IMG/VR virus record: IMGVR_UViG_3300035698_035310
Span: 248,001 to 312,000 of that record
Direction: 5' to 3' (one strand)
DNA: 64,000 bases
Shown here one piece after another: positions 25,939 to 37,008 of this stretch. The position numbers were made by a program, and so were the translations under genes. The notes under the pieces are model-generated. The model was not told where the DNA came from. It saw only the letters and a program-made list of their open reading frames with translations, and did not search any database. The stretch's first letter is position 1, and each line of letters starts with the position of its first letter.

Positions 25939-26420
25939 GAAGCAAGTTTGGGTGCAAGGAAATCCATATGTGACATAGGGGTATTAATGACAACTGAAAA
26001 AGGTAACATCGAAAAATCACCAGCCCAATCTGTACCATTATATAACACTTGGTTTAAGAATCTATCATATTTCAATCTAATACTTGAGACTGTTATTACG
26101 CATTGTATGCCATCGTCGTTGATATAATATCGCAATCGATTGTTATGCAAATCGACAAATCCACCATAATGCATAGTGCCATCTATTAAAATGGTCGCAT
26201 TACGATAATCATAGCAGTCAGTTCCACCACGTCTTGCTTTATACACTTTTTCTTGTTTCCAATTCAATGAATAAGTATTATCTTGATATGTATGTATGCC
26301 ATCTATTTTTAAGGCGTTACCGTGGAGAACTTTTTGTTTAAATGAGTTTTCTGTTTGAACGGTTAATGCTTCACCATGAAGTAAATAGCATCCAGTTTCT
26401 GATTGTTTTATTGTATTCAT
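25932..26420 (-). CDS. hypothetical protein
   Basis: ORF with AGGA SD. Confidence 0.65.
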   Translation of the reverse strand: MNTIKQSETGCYLLHGEALTVQTENSFKQKVLHGNALKIDGIHTYQDNTYSLNWKQEKVYKARRGGTDCYDYRNATILIDGTMHYGGFVDLHNNRLRYYINDDGIQCVITVSSIRLKYDRFLNQVLYNGTDWAGDFSMLPFSVVINTPMSHMDFLAPKLASY

Positions 26421-26495
26421 AAGTATTCCTATACTAAATATTAAAACAGGATATAATAAATCACAGTAAAAGTCAATAAAACAGGAAAGTATATT

Positions 26496-26885
26496 ATGAG
26501 TTTTAATAAAATCATCGACGATATTAAGATTAAGTATTTAACGATGGACCCAAGCGTTGATCCAAAGAATAAAGAATCGCGCCGGAACTGGATATTATTC
26601 ATGGCGAACAAGACACAACGGTTTCCTGTACGTCAGGTATATGATAGATTGATACCGTCTGTAACAAAGATGACAGTCAATACAGATATGAAATACCTTG
26701 AAGATCAAGGACTTATCAGGCGCGAGAAAGAAAGTGATGGAACATCGCATATCGTTCCATTGTTTGATGATTCAGGTGAAGCACCTGAACCAAAGCACGT
26801 CATATATAAAAGATGGGCGAAAAATGTAATATTACCACTTATTGCCTTGACATTACTTGTCGTATTTGTTATTATCAGTGGTTGA
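26496..26885 (+). CDS. winged-helix protein with C-terminal TM anchor
   Basis: VTKMTVNTDMKYLEDQGLIRR; hydrophobic tail. Confidence 0.6.
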   Translation: MSFNKIIDDIKIKYLTMDPSVDPKNKESRRNWILFMANKTQRFPVRQVYDRLIPSVTKMTVNTDMKYLEDQGLIRREKESDGTSHIVPLFDDSGEAPEPKHVIYKRWAKNVILPLIALTLLVVFVIISG

Positions 26886-26905
26886 TATTAACGAGGAAAA
26901 AGAAT

Positions 26906-27643
26906 ATGTTATACAGTATAGGCGACGTTCATGGAAGATATGATTTACTTAGATATCTTCATGAAAAAATAATGGAACATTCTAAACAATTTGATGAAGT
27001 GCATACAATAGTTATGTTGGGCGATTATATTGATCGTGGTCCAGATAGTAAACAAGTCATTGATTTTTTGATAACTGAACCATTTACAGATTTTAAGCAT
27101 GTATATTTAAAAGGCAATCATGAAGATATGATGATAAAGTCATTATATAGTGATGAAGAAACCGTTATATATGATGTATACAAACAAGATATGTATAATG
27201 CTAGGAATATATTCTTAGGCAATGGTGGAACAACGACGTTAGAATCATTCGGGGTTGAATATATCAGACTAATGAATGATAAAGAATCCTTGGATCATGT
27301 ATTTTTGCCATATTTGCCATTTTTCATGGGTTTAGAATATTATTATGATGTTAATGGATATTATTTTGTTCATGCTGGCATTGTTCCTGGTGTTCCATTG
27401 GATCAGCAAGACCCTAACGCTGTGCTTTGGATACGTGATAGGTTTTTAAATAATACTGATGATCATGGCAGATTGATAATACACGGACACACGCCCACGA
27501 CAACGCGTGGTATGGGTGCTCATCCAGAAGTTAAACCCAACCGTATTAATATAGATACGTGTGCATATCGTACTGGAATTTTAACAGCGGTATGTCTCGA
27601 CGAAGCGCATCTCCGAGTGCCAGAGTTTATTAGCACAGAATAA
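26906..27643 (+). CDS. Ser/Thr protein phosphatase (metallophosphoesterase, PrpA/NinI-like)
   Basis: GDVHG, GDYIDRG, GNHE, HAG, HGHTP, IDT. Confidence 0.92.
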   Translation: MLYSIGDVHGRYDLLRYLHEKIMEHSKQFDEVHTIVMLGDYIDRGPDSKQVIDFLITEPFTDFKHVYLKGNHEDMMIKSLYSDEETVIYDVYKQDMYNARNIFLGNGGTTTLESFGVEYIRLMNDKESLDHVFLPYLPFFMGLEYYYDVNGYYFVHAGIVPGVPLDQQDPNAVLWIRDRFLNNTDDHGRLIIHGHTPTTTRGMGAHPEVKPNRINIDTCAYRTGILTAVCLDEAHLRVPEFISTE

Positions 27644-27726
27644 ATTGTTTTTTATTTGACATATGTGATATATATATGTTACTATCATGTTATAAAATAA
27701 CAATAATCTTTAATATGGAGTAACAA

Positions 27727-28128
27727 ATGAATAAAAATCTGCTTACAACTTTGATAAATATTAATATAGTAAAGCCCGGAACCGAAATAGCAATGTTGCG
27801 TATCGGAAACTCGATGGTTGGATCAGGAGCAACCTCTTTGAAAATGAGGGTGTTTAGCACAGAAGATAAGGACGGTAATCAACAACAAATAGAAGTGAAT
27901 GCAAATCATCTCGTAGAAATATATAAGTGTGAAATAATCGATGAAGAAATATCTATATATGCACATAGCGTTGTAGATGGCGAAAAATTCATATTAAATG
28001 ACGAAGATATTGTATTGATTGACAGCATGTTACCAGAAAAATTAGCTGCGGTTTACGGATACACACCAGACGGAATCAAAAAGATACAAGGCAAAAAGCG
28101 GGGGCGTAAACCAAAAATAAGAGAGTAA
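27727..28128 (+). CDS. hypothetical protein
   Basis: C-terminal GKKRGRKPK. Confidence 0.7.
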   Translation: MNKNLLTTLININIVKPGTEIAMLRIGNSMVGSGATSLKMRVFSTEDKDGNQQQIEVNANHLVEIYKCEIIDEEISIYAHSVVDGEKFILNDEDIVLIDSMLPEKLAAVYGYTPDGIKKIQGKKRGRKPKIRE

Positions 28129-28136
28129 CATAACAT

Positions 28137-28430
28137 ATGGGCAAATTAATAAGTTTTCATGATAATCCAGTAACAAGTTTAAAAAAAGAATTGATCGAAA
28201 CAGAAGAAAAATTAAAAATTGCCCAACATGAGTTATCGTTTTTTAAAAGTATATATTCTACAACGCATTCAATTGGTGATTTAATAAAATTGCAGTTGGC
28301 GGATTTATCACAAAATGTAATGACGCATCAAGGACATCTTAAAATGGTTCAAGAAAATATAAATGCAATCAGAGTTAAGTTGGAAAACCTTGAAGAAATG
28401 AAGAATAGAGTAAAAATGATTGATGAATAA
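28137..28430 (+). CDS. coiled-coil hypothetical protein
   Basis: ORF followed by terminator 28432-28462. Confidence 0.6.
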   Translation: MGKLISFHDNPVTSLKKELIETEEKLKIAQHELSFFKSIYSTTHSIGDLIKLQLADLSQNVMTHQGHLKMVQENINAIRVKLENLEEMKNRVKMIDE

Positions 28431-28509
28431 CAAAAAATCCACCCTGCGAGGGTGGATTTTTTGTCTCTAATAATAAATAATAGTAGGTTTTTATTTAGAG
28501 GAATAAAAA

Positions 28510-28698
28510 ATGGCAAAATTAGCAACACAAACATTTACCATAACATTATCTAGAGCCGTTCCATCCGATGCGTCGGGTGGTATCACTGCTTTAAATGAAG
28601 AAGCAATAGATCAATTAAAAGAAGCAATAGTTGCTTTAGCAAATGATGATAGCATAGTGGTTGATTTTGTAGAAGCATTATATGTAGGAGATGAATAA
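28510..28698 (+). CDS. small late protein
   Basis: ATAAATA upstream, GAGGA SD. Confidence 0.65.
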   Translation: MAKLATQTFTITLSRAVPSDASGGITALNEEAIDQLKEAIVALANDDSIVVDFVEALYVGDE

Positions 28699-29170
28699 AA
28701 TGAATGATATACAATTGAGTGGAAATTTTAAATTATCAGAGTTGGTTAAGTCAGATACGGCGGAAAGGTTAGATATTGATAACTGGCCCACAGACAATGA
28801 TACTATTGAAGCGTTAAGGGTGACAGCAAACAGAATATTGCAGCCCGTCAGAATGAATTACGGTATTTCTTTTTCGCCTACTAGCGGGTTTCGTTGCTTA
28901 ACCTTGAATAGAGCATTAAAATCGAAAGATACATCTGATCATGTTTTAGGTAGAGCAGTAGATTTTGAAGTACCAGGAATACCAAATAAAGATTTGGCTG
29001 TGTGGATACGAGATAACCTATCTTTTGATCAGGTTATATTAGAATTTTGGGATGGGATAAATCCAAACTCTGGGTGGGTGCATTGTTCTTTTAGATCAGA
29101 AACTGAAAATAGAAATCAGTGTTTAACTATTAATAAAAATGGCGTATTTAATGGATTTAGAGCAAATTAA
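28691..29170 (+). CDS. peptidase M15A (endolysin candidate)
   Basis: LS.NF.L.E..KS, SGFR...LN, S.H..G.A.D, FDQ.ILEF, WVH.S. Confidence 0.9.
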   Translation: MNKMNDIQLSGNFKLSELVKSDTAERLDIDNWPTDNDTIEALRVTANRILQPVRMNYGISFSPTSGFRCLTLNRALKSKDTSDHVLGRAVDFEVPGIPNKDLAVWIRDNLSFDQVILEFWDGINPNSGWVHCSFRSETENRNQCLTINKNGVFNGFRAN

Positions 29171-29864
29171 ACAAGAAATTTATTATTTATATGAAATTGA
29201 AAATATTATCAATGGAAAGAAATATATCGGATATACTAATAATCCAAGACTTCGCCAAAAAGCACATTTTGTTTGGAAAAATAGTGGGTCTATATTGGTT
29301 GAACATGCTATTAAAAAATATGGATTAGATTCATTGCGGTTTAAAATACTTGTTAAATCAGACAATGAAGTATATATTAAAGATTTAGAAATTGCAGCCA
29401 TTAGCTCTCTTAATACCAAAGCACCACAAGGGTATAATTTAACTGATGGCGGCGAAGGAACTCGTGGTTTGACATTATCTGATAATCAAAAAGCAGATAG
29501 AAGTAAAAACATGAAAGGTAAAATGATTGGTGAGAAAAATCCCTTTTATGGAAAGAAACATGATCCAGAAACTCTAAAAAGAATGGTAGAAACTAGAAGA
29601 AAAAATGGATCATATGTTGCGTGGAATAAAGGCGGCGGACATAAATTAAGTGCTAAAAGTCGCAAAAGTCTCCGTGAAAACAGACCTGTTGGCGGGACAA
29701 AAAATCCAAACGCCAAGTTGACGGAAGAAAAAGTACGAGAAATATATAATCTAAAAGGACAAATGACTGGTGAAAAGGTCGTCATGTTCTTAGGTTTGAA
29801 TGTATCTGGTGAGACCGTTAGACGTATATGGAATAGAACTACATGGTCGAGTTTAGTATATTAA
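29139..29864 (+). CDS. GIY-YIG homing endonuclease with NUMOD3
   Basis: Y.I.N.INGK.YIG.T....R...H, GYNLT.GGEG, NPFYGKKH. Confidence 0.88.
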   Translation: MAYLMDLEQIKQEIYYLYEIENIINGKKYIGYTNNPRLRQKAHFVWKNSGSILVEHAIKKYGLDSLRFKILVKSDNEVYIKDLEIAAISSLNTKAPQGYNLTDGGEGTRGLTLSDNQKADRSKNMKGKMIGEKNPFYGKKHDPETLKRMVETRRKNGSYVAWNKGGGHKLSAKSRKSLRENRPVGGTKNPNAKLTEEKVREIYNLKGQMTGEKVVMFLGLNVSGETVRRIWNRTTWSSLVY

Positions 29865-29909
29865 TATACTATAATAAATAATACTATATTAACGTGAAGG
29901 ATCAATACT

Positions 29910-30326
29910 ATGAGTAAACAAAGCATCGTAATGTTAGACGACACCGGCATTATTCAAAGTGTCTCTGGTGAGGCAATCCGTGCTGATGCATGGTTTGGAC
30001 TTAAAGATGGATTACATACCGTTACATTTCATATGGAAGACTTTACTGGTAGAATATACATTGAAGCCTCATTAGAAACTGAACCAGCGGAAATCGATTG
30101 GTTTCCGGTTCACTTGAATGGTGGAAATGCGTATATGCAATATCCATTAGACCCGTTGGTTCCTACTGGCACAGCCGGTGATACATTTGTTGATGCGTTT
30201 ACGTTTCAAGGTAATTTTCTTTATCTTAGAGCAAGAATTGATCGCAGTTATTATGTCCCTGTTCCAACTACAGATGACGAAAAATCACTACTTGGGTCAG
30301 TAAAGAAGATATTATTAAATCATTAA
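29910..30326 (+). CDS. putative virion protein
   Basis: DGLHTV...FTG.I.IEASL...P...DWF, F.GNF...RA; late motif upstream. Confidence 0.6.
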   Translation: MSKQSIVMLDDTGIIQSVSGEAIRADAWFGLKDGLHTVTFHMEDFTGRIYIEASLETEPAEIDWFPVHLNGGNAYMQYPLDPLVPTGTAGDTFVDAFTFQGNFLYLRARIDRSYYVPVPTTDDEKSLLGSVKKILLNH

Positions 30327-30391
30327 TACTTGACAGTGGCGGATTGTTTTGTTATAATTCATAATATAAAACAAGTAAAAAGAGTTCATAT

Positions 30392-31231
30392 ATGAAATCA
30401 CCATTACGATATCCGGGTGGCAAAACGCGTGCAACCAAAACATTATACTCGTTAATACAATACCATATACAACAAAATAATATAACTGATATATGTTCGC
30501 CATTTTTGGGTGGAGGATCATTTGAATTATTTTTATGTACAACTGGCATTAATGTTACCGGATATGACATTTTTGATCCGTTGGTAGATTTTTGGCAGTG
30601 CATGTTAACTGATCCAGATAAATTAGTTGCGGTTATAGAAACTTATAAAAAATCATATGACAGTGGAATACCAACAGCAAAAGAACAATTTTATATATTA
30701 CAAAAAACACAACACGAATATTCCGACGTATGGCACAGGGCGGCAATATTTTTCACATTGAATAGATCGTCTTTTTCTGGATCGACGATGTCTGGTGGAT
30801 GGTCGCCCGATTATCCACGTTTTAATGATTCTTCTATCGAAAGAGTTAAATCATTTAACGAACCATTGCTGCAAGTTAATAAATTATCGTTTGATCAATC
30901 TATAACAAAACATAAAAACAGTTTTCTATATCTCGATCCGCCATACATGATTGAACACAATCTTTATGGAAAAAAAGGAAACACCCATAAAGATTTTGAT
31001 CATTTAGGATTATATGACATATTAACAACTAGAGATAATTGGATTATGTCATACAACGATGATGCTGATATTCGAAATTTATATCAGAATTATAAAATAG
31101 AAACGGTAAATTGGGCATATGGCATGACTTCTAATCGCAAATCAAATGAAATCGTTATATTCAGTGATGATATAATATCCGACCCTTACTCTATAGATGC
31201 TATATCAAAAGGCGCGAATATAATTTGGTAG
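30392..31231 (+). CDS. Dam-type N6-adenine DNA methyltransferase
   Basis: SPLRYPGGK, PFLGGGS, YLDPPY, SYND. Confidence 0.92.
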   Translation: MKSPLRYPGGKTRATKTLYSLIQYHIQQNNITDICSPFLGGGSFELFLCTTGINVTGYDIFDPLVDFWQCMLTDPDKLVAVIETYKKSYDSGIPTAKEQFYILQKTQHEYSDVWHRAAIFFTLNRSSFSGSTMSGGWSPDYPRFNDSSIERVKSFNEPLLQVNKLSFDQSITKHKNSFLYLDPPYMIEHNLYGKKGNTHKDFDHLGLYDILTTRDNWIMSYNDDADIRNLYQNYKIETVNWAYGMTSNRKSNEIVIFSDDIISDPYSIDAISKGANIIW

Positions 31232-31241
31232 AAATAATGCA

Positions 31242-32375
31242 ATGTCAAGTTTGAAATATAGGAAAATACGAAAACATATGCTTGAAAATGTTATTAATTG
31301 GGGCAATTTTAAATATGTCCCAACGAAAAAAATAAAGAAAAAAACGAATATCGTTGACCGCGATGCATATAAAAATGCGTTCGGGATAGATTTAGTTTTA
31401 TCCAATAATAAATCTAACAAATCCGGCGACGTTCTAGAATGCGCAACTGCTATTGTCTTATCCAAAAAATTACATGGATCGACTATATATAAAAACAACA
31501 GAAAATCTGATAGGGTACATAATGCATTTAATGAATTATCAGAAATTGAACAATTAAAATGGTTGACGTTAGTAGAAAAAAGCGTAGATGAAATTATAGC
31601 AGCAGAAAAATTAGACGAATACACTGATATAATAATATACTTTTGCGATCAATCACTCGAAGATGATCAACGTGATATTGTAGTAAAGTCTAATAATGAT
31701 GACATTTGTGGTATATCTTGCAAGAGAAACAACACCTCTAATAAATCTATATCGTGGTATGCCCTGACGACATTTGATAATTTTATAGTTAAGTATACCA
31801 ATGGATCGATAATCGCCGATGTCATAGATCAAAATATTATTGCGGGTTTTTACCACAGGGGTATAAAATTTATTAATCACACCACCAATATCATCGATAA
31901 TATCAGAAGATGGCCTTCAACAAAAAAAGGTTATTTGCAAACACCGCGTGAAAAAGTTATATTAAGAAATAGAATAAACATGTTACAATTAATGACTGAT
32001 TATATACATAAAATGTTTGTTAGATATATAGAAATGTCATCAAATGAAGAATATGATATACGATTATTATATAACATATTGAATGGCATAGGAAAATATG
32101 ATTATTATAAAGTATCGACGACTAACGATAAACCTAACGACGTCGAATCCATCAATACTCATAACACATTGAATAATTATACAGCAATTAAAACCCCCCT
32201 TATAATACCAAAATCATTAAATATTACGATGGGTTATGATAAACAAAATCGTGTTATAATTATATATGATTTTGGTGGTACCAATATAATGCACATGAGA
32301 TTACACACCAAGTCTGGTCGTATGTTAAATTCACATATGGGCATAGAATGCGTGAACGAAACTGCTAAAAAATGA
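31242..32375 (+). CDS. putative HaeIII-like restriction endonuclease
   Basis: SNKSGDVLE.A, D.RDIVV, GISCK.N....K resemble the HaeIII-family PD-(D/E)xK core; adjacent to MTase. Confidence 0.45.
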   Translation: MSSLKYRKIRKHMLENVINWGNFKYVPTKKIKKKTNIVDRDAYKNAFGIDLVLSNNKSNKSGDVLECATAIVLSKKLHGSTIYKNNRKSDRVHNAFNELSEIEQLKWLTLVEKSVDEIIAAEKLDEYTDIIIYFCDQSLEDDQRDIVVKSNNDDICGISCKRNNTSNKSISWYALTTFDNFIVKYTNGSIIADVIDQNIIAGFYHRGIKFINHTTNIIDNIRRWPSTKKGYLQTPREKVILRNRINMLQLMTDYIHKMFVRYIEMSSNEEYDIRLLYNILNGIGKYDYYKVSTTNDKPNDVESINTHNTLNNYTAIKTPLIIPKSLNITMGYDKQNRVIIIYDFGGTNIMHMRLHTKSGRMLNSHMGIECVNETAKK

Positions 32376-32464
32376 CATACACAACCCCCTAATTCTATTA
32401 TATAACAAACCTAAGCCATTCTAATAAATATAAAGAGAACATATTTAATAGGACTATTGTATCT

Positions 32465-34831
32465 ATGGCTATACATGCACAAAAAACAACATTCAGATCG
32501 TCTGCACAATTTCCTGATTTTCTTGTAACGGGTCCGTTAACCAATGGTCATATATTAGTTTATAGTGATGAAGTCAATGCATTTATTAATACCACAGGAA
32601 CTATTGGCGGTGGCGGTGATGGCACATTAGATGGCGCAGTCAATATTGGAACTGGTTCAGAAATATTTAAAGCCATTAATGTTACAGACGAATTAGAATT
32701 AAGAACGCTACTTGGCGGTCAAGGTATATCATTACTTGAAGGCGCTAATGAAATAGAAATATCCAATGATATTATAACTGATTCTGCTATTAGTGTTGCA
32801 GATTCTTTTGTTGTAACGATAGATAATGATAACACCACAACAGACACTGCGGTATTTGGTGTTAGCACTAATAGTTCTCCTGCAACGATAGTTGTTGCAC
32901 CAGTTGCCACATATGTTGCCCCAAATTTAGATATATCGGTTGTGTTACCGAGTTCATTTGTCACTGCATCTGGTGATTTCGTAGCGGACGGTTTTGTTAC
33001 CGGTATGTGCTTGAAATCAACCGGAACCACTGAACAAGATGGTATTTGGATAATAGATACGGTAACAACCAATACAATAACAATAACTGTTCCATTTACA
33101 AATCAAACCGACGCGGGTGATCAACCAGACACAACATTGGAAGGAATGTTTGTTGTATTTACTGCTACAACTTTAACGATGACAGGGCGTGATTTCTACG
33201 AAGATGGATTTAGAGTAGGATATACAGTTGACGTAACTGGAACTACTGATAATGATGGAACATATACAATTGCAGTAATATCTGGCGCAGATATGCTTAT
33301 CAATGAAACATTTCCGGTAGCGGGATGTGATGTAGGAACTATAACTGTAGCGGTTCCTGTTCAGGATCATTCAACTGGATGGTCTGTTAATGAACTTGGT
33401 GTCACAATTTCTAACGGTGGAACATTTAACGGTGATATAACTGTCACATCTGCCAATAATATAAACATAGACCAAGGAACATTGTTAATCGATAGTGTAG
33501 ATATTATTGATACTATAAACGCTGCGATATTTACAGTTCCAACTAATGGTCTTATAACACAAACAACATCGGGCAATTTCACATCCAGAGTGGTTGCAGT
33601 TAGTGGTGGATTATCCATCGTTGACGGAGATGGAATAGCAGGCGATCCTACTATAAGCGTTGATGCATTTGACATTACGTTAGATGGAGATATAACAGGA
33701 ACGGCAACTGTCACGGATTTAGGTAATACAACCATAACTACTACATTAGGAGACAATGGCGTAGTTAATGGGACATTTAACCATGTAACCGTTGATAGCA
33801 CAGGACGAGTAACAAATGGAACAAATGATGCAATCGTAGGGGCGAATGGAATAACTGTTACCAATGGTGATGGTGTTGCAGGAACTCCAACTATTACGGC
33901 GGCGGATTTTGACATAACAATAGCAGGTGATGTTATTGGAACGGCAACAGTTACTGGATTAGCTGATGTCGTTATAACTGTAGCACTAGATGCTATAGCT
34001 GCACCAGGAACTTATAACTCAGTTACGATTGATGCAACTGGTCGAGTTACTTCTGGTTCAGTGATACCGGGCGGCAGTTATCAAGCTGCTGATCCAGAGT
34101 TAGATGATTTATCTGGCGGTTTAACCGATCCCGGTTTTACAGTATGGGATGGCACGCAATACATCGATAGAACTATAAATGGTTCTACTAATGAGATTGT
34201 GGTAACGAATGGAGACGGTGTTGCAAGCGACGCAGTAATTGGATTGGCTGATGACCCAATCATTCCGGGAACTGGTTCTATGACAATACCAAGAGGCCCA
34301 GCGGTTGATAGACCAGGGTCGGGTGTTGAAGGTATGATTAGATATCACGCTGATGCACAAGATTTCTTTGAAGGATACACCGATACAGGGTGGCTACCAT
34401 TTATGATGGATGAGGGTGTTTCATTCTTACCATTGGCTGGTGGCACAATGACTGGTGATATCACTATGGATAGCAACGATATCATCGATATTGGATTAGT
34501 TGATGGTCGTGACGTTGCAGTAGATGGTGCAATATTAGATGATTTGAATACTGGAACCGGTATCAAAGCACAAGTAGCGGCTGGCGACTTTGAAAGTAGA
34601 ACAATCGTTGGTACCGCACCAATCGTAGTCACTGATGGTGATGGCGTAGCAGGCAATCCTACGGCATCAATGGATATTACAACTGTTACTGCCCTTGAAG
34701 TTGGGCAAGTGGTTGATGAAATAAATGATGAATTAATTATTTACGATGATTCACAATCAGCAATGAGACGTATATCGCCAAGACAATTAAATAATAGATT
34801 TGCCCGTAGATATTTTATGGCGCAATTCTAA
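32465..34831 (+). CDS. tail fibre / virion structural protein
   Basis: G/T/V/D-rich; repeated ITVT.GDGVAG.PTI and VT.D.TGRVT; G....RP....GMIRY; LPLAGGTMTG.I.M. Confidence 0.8.
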   Translation: MAIHAQKTTFRSSAQFPDFLVTGPLTNGHILVYSDEVNAFINTTGTIGGGGDGTLDGAVNIGTGSEIFKAINVTDELELRTLLGGQGISLLEGANEIEISNDIITDSAISVADSFVVTIDNDNTTTDTAVFGVSTNSSPATIVVAPVATYVAPNLDISVVLPSSFVTASGDFVADGFVTGMCLKSTGTTEQDGIWIIDTVTTNTITITVPFTNQTDAGDQPDTTLEGMFVVFTATTLTMTGRDFYEDGFRVGYTVDVTGTTDNDGTYTIAVISGADMLINETFPVAGCDVGTITVAVPVQDHSTGWSVNELGVTISNGGTFNGDITVTSANNINIDQGTLLIDSVDIIDTINAAIFTVPTNGLITQTTSGNFTSRVVAVSGGLSIVDGDGIAGDPTISVDAFDITLDGDITGTATVTDLGNTTITTTLGDNGVVNGTFNHVTVDSTGRVTNGTNDAIVGANGITVTNGDGVAGTPTITAADFDITIAGDVIGTATVTGLADVVITVALDAIAAPGTYNSVTIDATGRVTSGSVIPGGSYQAADPELDDLSGGLTDPGFTVWDGTQYIDRTINGSTNEIVVTNGDGVASDAVIGLADDPIIPGTGSMTIPRGPAVDRPGSGVEGMIRYHADAQDFFEGYTDTGWLPFMMDEGVSFLPLAGGTMTGDITMDSNDIIDIGLVDGRDVAVDGAILDDLNTGTGIKAQVAAGDFESRTIVGTAPIVVTDGDGVAGNPTASMDITTVTALEVGQVVDEINDELIIYDDSQSAMRRISPRQLNNRFARRYFMAQF

Positions 34832-34860
34832 TAAATATAAGATAAAAAGGGAAATTAAAA

Positions 34861-35199
34861 ATGGCAGCAAGAAGATTCGGCGCATTAGACTTAGCAGCAA
34901 CTACTGATACAGTATTGATGAGTGGCGCTTCTGGTTTTGATTCAACCGTTAATGTTAGATTTACAAATAGAAACAGTTCAGCCGTTACGGTTAGAATGGC
35001 GCTTGTTGATGATGTATCAGGTAGCGCATTGGGAAGTTTATCTGATGAAGATTATTTAGAATACGATACAACAATAGAAGCAAATGATGTATTAGAAAAT
35101 ACTGGATTAGTGATACCCGAAGATCATACAATAGTGGTTAGGTCGGACACAACATTGGTTACGGTTTTATCTTACGGTTTTGAGGAGCAAATAGTTTAA
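34861..35199 (+). CDS. putative virion protein
   Basis: NR......VR.AL....DYLEYD..I.AN.VLE.TG.V motif inside the fibre operon. Confidence 0.65.
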   Translation: MAARRFGALDLAATTDTVLMSGASGFDSTVNVRFTNRNSSAVTVRMALVDDVSGSALGSLSDEDYLEYDTTIEANDVLENTGLVIPEDHTIVVRSDTTLVTVLSYGFEEQIV

Positions 35200-36992
35200 T
35201 GGCGAGATATTCAACAAATAATCCGGTAGCGGTATTACCCGATTCTGGCGTGACTGCTGGTTCATATACAAATGTTGACCTTACAGTCAATAGTAAAGGT
35301 ATAGTAACAGTAGCGGCTAACGGTGCTTCAGTTGCATCGGTGCTTAATGATTTAACCGATGTTACACTAACTGGACCAATAACCGATCAAGTGTTACAAT
35401 ATGATGGTGCAGATTGGCTTAATACAACATTAACTGTTGCATCATTGAGTGATATTAATTTATCTGGAGTAACATCTGGGGACTTTTTAACTTTTGATGG
35501 CGCAGATTGGATTAACAGCACAATAGATGTGGTGGTAACAGGCGATATAGGCACCACAGTTCAAGCGTGGGATGCCGAACTTGACGCAATGGCAGGATTA
35601 AGTGGGACAGGATATGTCATCCACACAGGCGCAGGTACAGCCGTAGAACGCACAATCACAGGCAGTGATGGAATAATTGTAACAGACGGCGACGGAGTTG
35701 CTGGAAATACTGAAATAACTGTTACCATAGACACATTGCCATTCACAGGACCAATAGACCCAGTTAACGATTTATTGATATTTTATAATTTAGATACTAC
35801 ACAAAATGAGCAAGTATCAGTTGAAGACGCAGTATTATCAGCGACACCTATTACCGATGCAATCAGCGTTGGTGGCGGATTTGAGGTGTTTAAGCAAATT
35901 AATAGCAAAGTATTAGAATTTAGAGACATATCTAGCGGCAGTGCTAGCATAGTTGTTGACATACTTTCAGATAATATTAGAATTAGTGGAACTGCCGCGT
36001 TGGATAATTTGTCTGGATTGACACCAACCGATAATAATTTTATTGTTGGTAATGGTGGATCGTGGGCGGTTGAAGATGCAACTGCATCAAGAACTTCGTT
36101 AGGATTAGGAACGATGGCGGTAGAAACCGCAGCCGATTATTTGGCATTGGCTGGTGGAGCGATGACTGGCGATATTGATATGGCAACTAATACAATATCC
36201 GATTTGAGTGATCCGGTATTAGCACAAGATGCAGCAACAATGAATTTCGTCGAGTTGAATTTAGCCGTTGCTGGTGATGGTATGGTTAAAATCGGCAACG
36301 AAATTGATGTTGTTGGTGGCGATGGTATTACAGCAAACGCAGATGATATTGAACTTGATTTAGTATTTCTTGATGCTCACACAGATGCATTATATTATAC
36401 ACAAACACAATTGGCAGACACAACCGATTCAACAGAGGGTGCATCATTAATAGGTACAGAAACCAAAGTTGGATTAAGTAATGCGACAACAGTTGAAGCC
36501 GCATTGGATTATATTGATACCACATTACCTTTTGTGTTAACTAAATTTAGTCAAGGATTGAGTTGGAATATTAATATAACTGCTCCTTCGCCAGTGTATG
36601 TCATTGTTGATACTATCCAAGTAACACAATTTGCTGAAAACGAAGACGGATCGGCGTATAGTGATTTCTTATTACCGATAGATTTTGATACTACCAAAGA
36701 AATGACAGTATATTTATCGATGGCAAAATCTTCCGTTGTTGCTGGCAATGTTAGTGTTGCATTAGCATGGCAACATCAACGCGTACCTGGTTTCACCTCC
36801 AATTCGTTAATTGTATTTGCCCCAGGTACAACCACCGTTCCAGATGCTAGTACATTAATATGGACTATCCCTGCTTCTACTTTTTTACCTCTTGATGTAG
36901 TAACATTGCGCGTTCAACGATTGGGTACTGATAATGGAAATGATACATACACGGACACTGTAAATTTATTTGCGGGACATATAACACAATAA
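35199..36992 (+). CDS. tail fibre / virion structural protein
   Basis: GVTAGSYT, L.DL.DV.....QVL.YDG..W.N, IG.TVQAWDA.L, RT.LGLG.MA, P...QDAAT.. Confidence 0.8.
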   Translation: MARYSTNNPVAVLPDSGVTAGSYTNVDLTVNSKGIVTVAANGASVASVLNDLTDVTLTGPITDQVLQYDGADWLNTTLTVASLSDINLSGVTSGDFLTFDGADWINSTIDVVVTGDIGTTVQAWDAELDAMAGLSGTGYVIHTGAGTAVERTITGSDGIIVTDGDGVAGNTEITVTIDTLPFTGPIDPVNDLLIFYNLDTTQNEQVSVEDAVLSATPITDAISVGGGFEVFKQINSKVLEFRDISSGSASIVVDILSDNIRISGTAALDNLSGLTPTDNNFIVGNGGSWAVEDATASRTSLGLGTMAVETAADYLALAGGAMTGDIDMATNTISDLSDPVLAQDAATMNFVELNLAVAGDGMVKIGNEIDVVGGDGITANADDIELDLVFLDAHTDALYYTQTQLADTTDSTEGASLIGTETKVGLSNATTVEAALDYIDTTLPFVLTKFSQGLSWNINITAPSPVYVIVDTIQVTQFAENEDGSAYSDFLLPIDFDTTKEMTVYLSMAKSSVVAGNVSVALAWQHQRVPGFTSNSLIVFAPGTTTVPDASTLIWTIPASTFLPLDVVTLRVQRLGTDNGNDTYTDTVNLFAGHITQ

Positions 36993-37008
36993 TAAGGCAG
37001 AATTACAC

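Noticed and set aside
28691-29864. Group I intron or intein associated with the GIY-YIG genes
   Set aside because: The M15 peptidase appears complete, no split host gene flanks either endonuclease, and the DNA polymerase is uninterrupted; both look free-standing.
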